A stretch of DNA of 64,000 nucleotides from Mytilus edulis (Eukaryota). Of this stretch, positions 44,310 to 56,308 are shown in pieces (the first letter of the stretch is position 1; each line of letters begins with the position of its first letter). The position numbers were made by a program, and so were the translations under genes. The stretch lies in the NCBI RefSeq assembly GCF_963676685.1, contig NC_092344.1, positions 110,422,001-110,486,000 on the forward strand. The letters run 5' to 3'. The notes beneath the pieces were generated by a model, which was given only the letters and a program-made list of their open reading frames with translations, did not search any database and was not told the DNA's origin.

Positions 44310-47187
44310 AATCCATAGACATATTATAACCAAATATACACGGAACAGAAATATAATACATTTTATGAACGGAGAACCAGTAATGACCGCAAATAAACAG
44401 AAATCCTGACACAAAATTGTTGTGATTTAGGAAAGATTGTAACCCTCCTGTGGGTTTATTGGTCAAGTATTTCCAACAACCGCTGTCAGTAAGCAAATAC
44501 ACGGAAATAATTCAAAACAGAAACAAAATATCTAATAGCGCAAAACATTTGTCAATGAGGAATGTCATGACACCCGAAAGTCAGGTGCTCGTTTAGTTCA
44601 CTTTTTTTGAAAATATTAGTTCATATTTCAACGTTTCTAAATTTATTTTCACTTAATAAAATACGTTTTTTTATGTATAACCCTCTGTATATTCTTATGT
44701 GTAGAAATAAGAATGACCTTATACAAAAGAATAGAGAATAACAAATATAAATAAGTATGGTTATATCGCCAGAATAAGAGTTATACAAGAAAGAAAGAAA
44801 ATGAAATCTGAAAAGAATATTTTCAAATAAAACTTTACACCAAAATAAAATGAAAAAAAAGGGGGGCACTCAATAAGAGCCTGTGTGTGAAATACTTTAT
44901 TTTCAATATAATACTTCCATGATAAGATAAAATAGCAACATATGGTATTAATTGGGGATACAGCACTGGAAAGGATTTGTCGTGGCCCCATGGGACGTTT
45001 ATATACTATGTAAATATTGACACATTTGTGTTTTTATGGCAGTTAAGATCATGGAAGTACAAAATGTATTATATAATACTTCCATATTTAGATCGATTAT
45101 TATGGAGCTTTTCTTAAAAACGATTTTCGATGTATTTTGTCATTTTCATTCATTGTTTATGTTTTGAATAACATTAATATGCCACGTTGGCATCTATATT
45201 CTATTTCAATAAAAATTTTCAGATTACGTAACCATTTTTTTTTTCATCAATACAATCATTGTGTATTCAATTAATTGATAACAAATTAATGCTATTGTGA
45301 CTTGAAACTGTATAAGTTTATTTAGACAAAGCCTTTTTTAGAAAAAAAAATTCCCTTTTCTGTACTTTTCTCAAAGATGTCGACAGAACCACACTACTTA
45401 ACTTTGATGTACTTTAAAGACATCTTTGGTATAACAGAAATTAATGTATTGCTTAAAACCTAACTAGATATTTTAAATAATGGATGTAAAAAAAAAAAGG
45501 AAATTCACATCATAAAATGGAGAATTCAAATTATAACACCAACCACAATTCGTCTTTGAATACGGTCAATCCTAGTTGTCTGAATATACGTTGTATAACA
45601 AAAAAATATGAAGTTCCACTTTTAAAAGCATAGGGACACCAGTAAACATTATTTTAAAATGATGATTTTTATACCATTTGATAGGAAAACTTTTTGCCGA
45701 TATTGTATAACGTATTAATTTAATTTACAATAAAAAATGAATTAAATATGATTTTTTTAGTAGACATATATACCTCGTATTTGCTATATATTCAACCAAA
45801 AGATGACCCAACGTTCAACACGATGAGGACACCAGTAAATTTCAAGATAAAGTGAATTTTATTACACCATTTTAAAGCTAGAAAAATGGTGCAATCTTTA
45901 TAATTTGTTAATTTTATATGATATCTATAGTATAGGCATAGTATTTCTTTATCTAACTAGTGGTCATAATTCCCCGTAGACAATAACGTTAAAAAAAATT
46001 CAATGATAACTGCTCTCTGTGGGATAGTTGATAAGGCCATCCAGCTGAGCTGTCCGCAATTCTTGTGTATGTAAGGCGGAAAAAAAAAGGAAAAAAAGTT
46101 AATCAACAGAGATTCAACATATATAGCATGCAAGAAAATAACGGTTTCTTCACTTTGCATAATTTATACGTTTAATTTTAAGATGAATCATCTGAATTCA
46201 AAATAAAACAATAATGTGAGTCACATTCCTTCAGATGAAAGAGAATTAATGCAATCGATTGCATGTCAAGCACACGTCAATGAAATCTCATAATGACAAG
46301 ATGAGTCACGGCTCGGCTTCACACGAAATCTTGATTCAAATGATTAGAGAACTGGATCGGAAATCATAGAAAACCAGAATGATATCACAAACATACAAGT
46401 ACAATGTCGAACAAATATATGTTTTTCTTTTATAAAAATCTGGTGAAAAAAAAATTGTTTTAAAAATTAGTGGATTTTTTTTTTTTTTTAATGGAAATTA
46501 GGAAATGTGTTCCGCTTGCTCAAATCCACAAACTTCTGATAGTTTTGTCAAAAAGTTCAGCACTTCCATTAAAAAGTACAAAACCATGATATACGGGAAG
46601 ACAAACATATGAAATTAAGCCAAACTTACTGAAATATGCAATTTGGCAACACTTACAATGTTTTTATGTCAATACCTTCGTATGCAAATGCTATATTTCA
46701 TTTGTGCATTATATCTCTAAAACATCAACAGTATTTGTCTATAATGTGTAGCTTGCGTAGATTTAAAATGATTCCAACACAAATTAATTTCGACGGAATA
46801 TTGTTATCTTTTCCTCTGTTTGAAAACAAGTAAGATGAAAAAACTCCAGATGTTTTACAACTTTGTAAACGCTTTTGTGCCTAATAGTCTTTAATGAGAA
46901 GCGCGTGCAATGATCTCGTCTGCCGAAGATGAATATCGTCTGCCTCTATCAATTCTGTACTTTGAGAGGGCATATAGCTTATAAAGTATAACATAACGGT
47001 ATCGAATCGTGCTATTACAAGTTTCATGTAAATTTTGTGTTTTAAAATAAAGCATAGAATAATGTCAAACGGCTACCACCCTCGACAACAAATAATACTT
47101 ACACACACACACTTTGAAAAAATATCCTTGTGAATTTGTTTGGCCACTGTGGAACTTTTCTTACATTACAACCGTGACATATTATAA

Positions 47188-47935
47188 GTTATCTACGTTC
47201 ATATCCGTAGATATGGATATTTTAACACCCTGAAGTACCCCAGTACACCATGTGGCGTAGCCGAAGGGTGTACAGGGTACTGAAGGGTGTTAAAATATCC
47301 ATATCTACGGATATGAACGTAGATAACGAATTTATCCCCGGTCTTAGTCCGAATCGGGCGAGTTTTATGAAAAATCGGGTACAAAGTGTAACGTGAAAAC
47401 AACGTTTTTTTCATTATCTAAATTTTTTTTATTGAAATTTGGAAATTTTACACATTTTTTACGGGGTGTAGGGTACTACCTTTGGTAGAACCCTACAGGT
47501 AGTCAAATATAAGACGTTTTTAATACGGAGACAGAGAAACTGGATTGAGTCAAATTTGGCGCTCAATGTTGTCAGAGTTACGCCATAGATGATGTGACGT
47601 CAACGTGGGTAATTTGCATAGCTAGGTCAGTAGTCCCATTCCTTGAAAATGTGGCAGTCAAGTGATGCATTTAATGAAATGAGTGTAAATGATCGCCATA
47701 ATAGGACAAAATCGTTAATGAATTAAATATTTAATTACAAACATCATGGATACTCTTCAGAATTCAATATTTCACAAGGAGCGATCATGGAACTAAGGAA
47801 AACTTGCGTGAAGTTCCCCGGGATAATGGTTAGCAACGTCCGGGGATATGGGTTAGCAACACCCAGGGGCTATGGGTTTTGTAACGACGTGCGTTAACCA
47901 ATCAAAATCCTAGATATATACTAAGCCGGGGATAA
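47188..47935. mobile_element. Non-autonomous element with a long terminal palindrome and offset inverted repeats (possibly Crypton-type)
   Basis: Perfect 44-bp arms in a hairpin at 47188-47327. TTATCCCCGGTCTTAGT (47332) is inverted relative to ACTAAGCCGGGGATAA (47920-47935). Three ~22-bp internal tandem units at 47817-47886. No TSD seen. Confidence 0.6.
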
Positions 47936-49357
47936 TACTTCATATATGAAAAACAGCACGTCACAAAGGTACAGAGAACATTAAACACAATGGTATATAT
48001 ATGAGAAAGAGGACATCATTTACAGTACAAGAACAGATTTAATGTAGTGCTACTATTCAATTACAGTAGGATTGGGGGAACATTATTTCATATTAAAATA
48101 GGGTTTTCTTCTTCTACATATGTGCTTCAATAAGTGAAAAACGAAATTGTGTGCTACAAAAAAGTTACTTATCATCAAAATAAAATATGATTTTCACACC
48201 CAGGGTAGTAGAAACAATAAAAAAAAATAAAGTACTTAATTTGGAAATATAATTTTTATATAAAACAAAAATGTCTTAAATTCGTCAGTGCATACATACT
48301 GCACATATCAGATCTTTATACTACCGGACGGATATCATAGCGCTTCGACTTATACTAAATGCATCTATAAAGTCAGTGGTGGGAAAGAAATTCTCCCTCG
48401 TTTCAATAAATCAAGTACAGATGACAATGTTGATTATAAAAAATTACAACATAACTTTAATTTTCTCGCAATTTTGTTACTTTTCATAATGTATTCATTC
48501 ATTTCAACTGAAAGCCATCATTAATACTCGAAGCTTCAACCATATCGACCAAATCTACAACTTGATCTTTGATTAACCTTACTAGAGCCTCGTAGAATTT
48601 TTGACATTTACCCAATAAAGTCGTATCGATTCATGTTTCCATATTACGGTATTTTGTCGAATTCTTGCAGTGTTTTATTGAACCCACCCTGGACGACTGT
48701 ATAGCAAATGGGACAGAATATAAATGTTAATTGGATTATTGATTACATTGTAAAATAAGGCTCATCTTCCGATGATAAAACCGATTTCCTTTGAGACTCA
48801 CTTGTCTGGGTATCAATTTAACGTTGTTCCTATGCGCATAGAATCAACATTACGTTATATATTGTCCCAATAAAACAAATTAATGGACATTTTCCTAAAC
48901 GTATTTTGAAAATAGATATTTCTTTTCTATGTAAAAGTTGAATCGTACATATATTTTTCTTGTCATTCTAAATACATATACAATAATTCTAAATCTAAGA
49001 TCTTTGGGATCATAACAGTTTCACTTAAGATTTATGTAAGTTAATGTAGATGCATGGTATACGCAAATGAGACGATAGCCCTAAAACGATAAAACTAAAA
49101 AACACATCTGGAGGACGACAAAAGTATTATCATCTTATAAAAGGGAAAGTCACAATGTACTTCGAGATTATTGACATCTGCCCTTCAAAATACGAAGCAT
49201 CCGATCGCGTATTCTTCATATTTTTTGGGAAAATTAACACACAAGGTTTATTAAATGCAATATTTTTCCTTTTTATCTATTTTTTTTAGAAGTTTTTTTT
49301 TCTGACGGAACACATTTTGATGTCGGACATTGTGAAACTCGCCTATTATTATGTTTA

Positions 49358-49625
49358 CAGCGGATTCCATTGAGTGTGTAGCCAACAGTAGTATCTTTGG
49401 TTGGCTTGCTTGTTAGCTGAACCGTGAAGTCATTGCTAGGTTAGGTAAACTTCCCTACTTTAAGAATAGAGAGACTAGTCGGATAGAAAAACCAACCTGT
49501 CTGTTGGACTATGTTACTTCTAAAGGAGGGTAGTATACCTGACCTAATAAAGACTTCATGGTTCAGCTAACAAACAAGCTAACCAAAGATATTCCCTTTG
49601 GCTACACACTCAATGGAATCCGCTG
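49358..49625. mobile_element. Fold-back MITE with TA TSD
   Basis: ta|CAGCGGATTCCATTGAGTGTGTAGCCAA ... TTGGCTACACACTCAATGGAATCCGCTG|ta. The imperfect inverted arms extend ~100 bp. Confidence 0.88.
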
Positions 49626-49776
49626 TAAGATGATTGTAAAATTTAAACATAAAGAAAGATAACTCAATTCGCTATCTAGCTGTTAGTCAATGGAAATTCA
49701 AACAATTTTCCAAAATGAAACTAGCTGTTATGCAAAGGAGATAAAAAAAAACCCTTCTTGGTACATATTTAAAAAG

Positions 49777-50470
49777 AAATGAGGACAGAAAGGTGTCTAG
49801 CTATTAGTCAACAGAGATCCAAACAAACCAGTTGGTTGTTTAGCTGTTTGTCAAATGGGATTCAAACACACCAGTTGGTTGTGTAGCTGTTTGTCAAATG
49901 GGATTCAAACACACCAGTTGGTTGTGTAGCTGTTTGTCAAATGGGATTCAAACACACCAGTTGGTTGTGTAGCTGTTTGTCAAATGGGATTCAAACACAC
50001 CAGTTGGTTGTGTAGCTGTTTGTCAAATGGGATTCAAACATACCTGTTGGTTGTGTAGCTGTTTGTCAAATGGCATTCAAACACACCAGCTTGTTGTGTA
50101 ACTGTTTGTCAAATGGGATTCATACACACCAGTTGGTTCTGTAGCTGTTTGTCAAATGGGATTTAAACACACCAGTTGGTTGTGTAGCTGTTTGTCAAAT
50201 GGGATTCAAACACACCAGTTGGTTGTGTAACTGTTTGTCAAATGGGATTCAAACACAACAGTTGGTTGTGTAACTGTTTGCCAAATGGGATTCAAACACA
50301 CCAGTTGGTTGTGTAGCTGTTTGTCAAATGGGATTCAAACACACCAGTTGGTTGTGAGGCTGTTTGCCAAATGGGATTCACACAACAGTTGGTTGTGTAA
50401 CTGTTTGCCAAATGAGATTCAAATACATCTGTTGGTTGTGTAACTGTTTGTCAAATGGGATTCAAATAAT
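49777..50470. repeat. 43-bp minisatellite, ~15 copies (CAAACACACCAGTTGGTTGTGTAGCTGTTTGTCAAATGGGATT)
   Basis: Exact 43-bp period, e.g. GGGATTC at 49857, 49900 and 49943. Confidence 0.95.
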
Positions 50471-50699
50471 CCTGTTTGCTACATACTTTAACTATACGAG
50501 GACAAATGGTTATCTAACAGTAAGTAAAATGATATTCAAATATACCAGATGGTTGTCTAGTTTTTATTATATCCCATTCTCAACATTAAGACATATATAA
50601 CAAGTCCAACCAAGTTTAATAAAAAAAAAAAAATGGCGAATGTATATATACAGATATTTTGTTTTAGGTAGGTTAATCATGGATCATCATAATTTGTAT

Positions 50700-51310
50700 A
50701 GATCAGTCCGATTGGAACGAAACAAATTATGAAAGTTACATCATCAATATATTTGATGTTTTGAATAACAACATATTTGTAATGTTTGGAGGAGGTGTTT
50801 TTCAACAAACAATTGGCATTCTTATGTGTACCAATTGTATCCCTCTTCTTATTGACTTGTTCATTTATTCATATAGTACAGACTTCATACAGGAAATTCT
50901 CAGAAACGATGAAAAGAAGCTTGCATTAACTTTCAACTTCATGTTCCATTATACAGACGGCAGACTCTCGTTAACTAATTTTAAAAATGGTTGATGAATA
51001 TGTTGAGCGCATCTATCAGATCGAACTTCAAATAAAGGCTTCCACATAGACAGTTATATCATTTTCATGCCATGACTTGACCTACAATGAAGGTAGGTTG
51101 CAAACAAAATGTGTGGACAAAAAAGATTCTTTAAGCTTCTGAATTGTTAACTTTCATGCCATGCTCCTCTTTAATACCGATAACGTTTTGGTGTGGTTCG
51201 TTTTGCTCACTCTTTATTTTTCGTCGTTTTTCGTTTTTTTGCTATAATGTTGTCAGTATGTTCTTGACTTATGGGATTATGAATATCTCCTTGGTACGCT
51301 TGCTATACAA
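50700..51310 (+). pseudogene. Degenerate Penelope-like (Naiad) RT C-terminal fragment
   Basis: NNIFVMFGGGVFQQTIGILMCTNCIPLLIDLFIYSYSTDFIQ..KKLALTFN matches the RT region of the element at 54874-55491. Contains frameshifts and stops. Confidence 0.8.
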
Positions 51311-51319
51311 ATCTTACCA

Positions 51320-52680
51320 AAATGAGGACAGAAAGTTGTCTATAGGTGTTAGTCTAATGATATTTCAACACACCAGATGTTTGTCGAGCTGTTTGTCAAA
51401 GGAGATTCAAGTAAACCAGATGTTTGCATATAGCTGTTAGTCAAAGAAGTTTCAAATAATCAAATGTTTTGTAGCTGTTACTCAAGGGAGGTTCAAACAA
51501 ACAAAATGTTTGCTCTTTTGGACAAATGTGATTCAAACAAACAAGATGGTTGTCTATAGCTGTTATAGTAAAAAAAATATTCAAATTACCAGATGTTTGA
51601 CTAGCTTATAGACAAGAGAGATTCGAACAAACTAGATGGTTGTCTATAGCTGTTGTAGTCAAATAATATTCAAATAATCAGATGTTCGACTAGCTTATAG
51701 ACAAGAGAGATTCGAACAAACTAGATGGTTGTCTAATGCTGTTATAGTCAAATAATATTCAAATAATCAGATGTGTGTGTAGCTTATAGACGAGATAGAT
51801 TCGAACAAACTAGATGATTGTCTTATGCTGTTATATTCAAATAGTATTCAAATAATCAGATGTGTGTCTAGCTTATAGACAAGAGAGATTCGACGAAACT
51901 AGATGGTTGTCTAATGCTGTTATAGTCAAATAATATTCAAATAATCAGATGTGTGTCTAGCTTATAGACAAGAGAGATTCGACGAAACTAGATGGTTGTC
52001 TAATGCTGTTATAGTCAAATAATATTCAAATAATCAGATGTGTGTGTAGCTTATAGACAAGAGCGATTCGAACAAACTAGATGGTTGTCTAATGCTGTTA
52101 TAGTCAAATAATATTCAAATAATCAGATGTTCGACTAGCTTATAGACAAGAGAGAGATTCGAACAAACTAGATGGTTGTCTAATGCTGTTATAGACAAAT
52201 AATATTCAAATAATCAGATGTGTGTCTAGCTTATAGACAAGAGAGATTCGAACAAACTAGACGGTTGTTTAATGCTGTTATAGTAAACTAATATTCAAAT
52301 AATCATATGTGTGTGTAGCTTATAGACAAGAGTGATTCGAACAAACTAGATGGTTGTATATAGCTGTTGTAGTCAAATAATATTCAAATAATCTGATGTT
52401 TGACTAACTTATGGACAAGGGAGATTCGAACAAACTCGATGGTTGTCTATAGCTGTCATAGTCAAAGAATATTCAAATTATCAGATTTTTTATATAACTT
52501 ATAGACAAGGGAGATTCGAACAAATAAATACCTTATCAATACGAGTACAGATAGTTGTCTAGCTGATACTCAGTGGATATTAAATTACCAGATGGCCGAG
52601 CTATTGGCTAAAGCAGTTCTATCAAACCAGATGATTGTCTAGCTGTTAGTTATGAGAGATTCCAACAGACGTGCTTGCTA
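51320..52680. repeat. 89-bp tandem repeat (~10 homogeneous copies at 51600-52530) built from two diverged ~43-46-bp monomers
   Basis: GCTTATAGAC recurs at 51604, 51693, 51782, 51871, 51960, 52049 and 52138. Each half aligns to the 43-bp unit. Confidence 0.93.
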
Positions 52681-52756
52681 CAAACTTTAGTAATGTAAGA
52701 TTCAAATAAATATGCTTGATTTAAACATTACCTAAATGAGGACAGTTCTAAAATTT

Positions 52757-53340
52757 GGAGTAGGTCCGGTAAGGACCGATTTTGGCCTCAAATTTCAGGT
52801 TCATCTGACGAAAGATTTTGACCACTTTTTAAACACTTAAGTGTCTATTTTATTTGATTCTATTAGTTTATGTTAAAGATTTTAACTGATTTTGTCATTA
52901 AAAACGATCCGATTCAAGCTCAAATATGAAAAATCTACAAAATATGCCGAAAAATGTCACTTTTCAGATGGTTTTTGTAAAAAAATGAAAGTGGCCGCAT
53001 CCGTGTTCATCCTCAACCTTTATATATGTTATGTATTATCATCAAAAACAACTAACATTTTAATAATAAGGATGAACACGAATGCGGCCACTTTTGTTTT
53101 ACACTAAAACCGTCTAAAATTTAACTAAAATGCTAGAATTGTGAAGATTTCAGTGATTTAGCATGACTTAATGGTGCAAGTACCCGATATATGTGCACTA
53201 TATTGTCAAAAACAGCCCATATTTATGTAGCAGAAGCATTCTACTGTCCAATAAATAACTAAAAGTTTACTGTTTAACAATTTTGTAAAACTGCTATATT
53301 TTGAGGCCAAAAAGGGGTCTTACCGGTCCGGACCTACTCC
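52757..53340. mobile_element. MITE flanked by AAATTT
   Basis: GGAGTAGGTCCGG...TTTTGGCCTCAAA / TTTGAGGCCAAAA...CCGGACCTACTCC. AAATTT at 52751-52756 and 53341-53346. Confidence 0.85.
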
Positions 53341-56007
53341 AAATTTAGACAAATTGAAAAAAAAGCAAGGGAATCGACACGAAATATAAATGGTTGGCTG
53401 AAATGGTTCCTGGTAAGTATAAATCTAGACAAGCACTTCGTGTATAGCCTTTGCAACTGACATACAAGTGAGAGGTTTAGCTAGATATAAAACCAAGTTT
53501 AATCTACCACTTTATACATAAGAAAATGACTGTAACCATATGACAGTTGTTATTTATTCGTTTGATGCGTGTTAGCTTTGAATTTTGCCATTTGATAAGG
53601 GACTTTCTGTTTTGAATTTTCCTCAGAGTTCGGTATTTTTGTGATTTGACTTTTTGCAGGATTTGATAACAATTAACTTTTATTATGTCACTTCTGTAAA
53701 GTTAAAAATGGAAACGGCGAATGTGTCAAAGAGACAATAACCCGATCAAAGAGCACAAAAAGAACACAAGGTCACGAACACAGCTAGAAAATTCCACACC
53801 ACCAGGAGGCGGGATTCAATTGGCCCCTGAACAATATTGATACTAGTTCAACAAAAAGTTTATTATCATTATTATCATTATACGATTTATCGTGTTAAAT
53901 AATTTTATCTTATTGAAAATATCATTGTTATTATTTATATATACTTTTCATCTGCTTGGGAGATAAAGAAACACATATTTTATTAATACCTTGAGAAATG
54001 AGTCTCAGTTTGCATGTTTATGATAAGATTGTGGTTGTAACAATTAAAAATTATAGCATGACATTTATTTCAAGGCTATATGGAAACCATTTGTTTATTT
54101 AACATTTATGGGAGTTTTTCAATAAAAGCGTGACTTTCAGACCTAAAAAAATGGAAAATCAACTTGTCTAAAATTTAATTTCAAGAGTTATCTTGAATAC
54201 CTCTTTTATAGATCTGTTTGTAAACAAAAAGTGCAATCTTAAATACTCTTTAAAATGATATTATTTTCATATTTGTGTACTGTTTCGTAGGGGACGTTTT
54301 TCCCTACGAAACTGCTTCTAAACACACATATTTTTGCAATTTTAAATGTTTCCTATAGACATTCCAGTTTGTTTACTTTATATACTAGAAAAATCTCATT
54401 TTTTTCTGAATTGGAGAACCATTTTTTATCGATAAAGATTAGACAGTACTTTACATATGAAGGTACAAATCATGTTACGTAGTAGACATTTTGATGCGTT
54501 TCGTAGTTGACAAAACCGTTTCGTAGTGGACAAAAAGTTTCGTAGTTGACATCAACCCTATTCTATGTTAATAAAAGAGGGACGAAAGATACCAAAGGGA
54601 AAGTCAAACTCATAAATCTAAAACAAACTGACAACGCCACGGCCAAAAATGAAAAAGACAAACAGAAAAACAATAGAACACACGACACAACATAGAAAAC
54701 TAAAGAATAAACAACACGAACTCCACTAAAAACTAGGGGTGATCTCAGGTGCTCCGGAAGGGTAAGCAGATCCTGCTCCACATGTGGCACCCGTTGTGTT
54801 GCTTATGTGATTACAAATCCGGTAAATAGTCTAATTCGGTAGGTCACATTCATGAAAGGGAAGGGGATTGTAGTTACGACGTAAGGAAAATATCCGATAT
54901 CATTTGTGAAACGGTTATTCCATAACGGTCAACCAACTCGTGATGGCGTCCGTAAAAGTTACGAAGGGATGATTTCAACTTCACCATTTGGAACTCTTGG
55001 TTTAATAGCTTCCTTATGAGCAGTAACCCTCTATCAAGAAAATCATGATAGGAAATGCAAGCACGGGAACATCGTATCAATTGGGAGATATATACCCCGT
55101 ATGCAGGTGCTGCTGGAATGTTGCTACTTAGAAATGGAAAGTTCACAATTGGAAAGCTGAAATCATCTCTTTTGTCGTAAATTTTTGTTTTCAACCGACC
55201 CTCATTGTCAATTTCTAGATGTAAGTCAAGATATGAAGCCGACTTAACTGTATCTGTAGTATCCTTTATCTCCAATTCGATGGGATAGATGCGTTCCACA
55301 TAGTCATCAAATTTTGAATTGTTTAGTGAAAGAACGTCATCTATATAGCGGAAAGTAGAGTTAAAGGATATTGCTAACTTCTTATCTTTCTTCCTAAGAA
55401 GTTTCTGCATGAAGTCAGCCTCGTAATAATAAAGAAACAAAGTATGATTTATCCCTCCATAAGACAAGATGCTTGTATCTACGTTGGCCATTCTTTTTTA
55501 TGAAGCAAAGTAATACCAACTCTTTCAATTTGTCTTTTAGTTTGGAATGTGGAATACTTGTGTAAAGAGTAGAAAAGTCAAATGTTTTAATACTGTTACA
55601 AGATGAAAGAGAGTTAGATTGTATGTACTCTAAAAGATCTTTGGAATTTTTAAGTATCCACATCTGATTCACGCCACCTCTAGAATAGGCAGTTTCACAA
55701 TAACTTTGAAGCCCGTCTTTGATTGCTGATAAAATAGATGTTAATAATTTAGAAAGAGGTTTCGTGGAGCACTTGGAAGACCCAGCAATATACCGTTGTT
55801 TGTAAGGACACTTATGTAGTTTAGGTATCCAATACAGTGATGGAAGATCCAGTTCTTCATCTTTGGTTGAAATACCAAAGGAACAAAGAACAGACCTATG
55901 ATTATCCAGGATTTCCTCTTTGGTAAGTGTCGTGGGGGTATATGTTGAGTTTCCAAGTGAATTGTCTATACCTAATTCGTTTATCAAGCAATTAATGTAG
56001 TGACTTT

Positions 56008-56308
56008 ATCACCAGTCCAGTAGCCAGTAGTTCGGTACTGGCATGAAAATACGGATTTTTTTGTGTTATTAAAATTTGCTGTTACAAATTATTAGAAATT
56101 ATTATAAATTAAGGAATGTATTTCCCTCATGCAAAGCTCTGATTCCTTTCACGGATTTGACTATACTTTTTGGACCTTTTGGATTATAGCTCTTCATCTT
56201 TTATATAAGCTTTGGATTTCAAATATTTTGGCCACGAGCATCACTGAAAAGATATGTATTGTCGAAATGCGCATCTGGTGCAAGAAAATTGGTACCGTTA
56301 ATTTTAAT
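56008..56308 (+). mobile_element. Non-autonomous, hammerhead-containing retrozyme-like element inserted antisense into the Naiad ORF
   Basis: Splits ..NNIVFV|KSHYINCLINEL.. The 5' end ATCACCAGTCCAGTAGC resembles the Naiad leader (minus strand, 58014-58030). A minimal hammerhead lies near the 3' end. Confidence 0.7.
56238..56281 (+). ncRNA. Minimal type I hammerhead ribozyme motif with one core substitution
   Basis: GCATCA-CTGAAAA-GAT atgtatt GTC-GAAA-TGCGCA-TC-TGGTGC. Helix I is GCAUCA/UGGUGC, the core is CUGAAAA (consensus CUGANGA), helix III is palindromic, and the UC cleavage site is at 56274-56275. Confidence 0.72.

Noticed and set aside
44090-44502. Gly/Pro-rich short ORFs
   Set aside because: They arise from the GC-rich hAT-like MITE at 44152-44309.
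49777-52680. CRISPR-like look of regularly spaced repeats with a leader
   Set aside because: Units are contiguous tandem copies with no unique spacers, there are no cas genes, and the context is eukaryotic.
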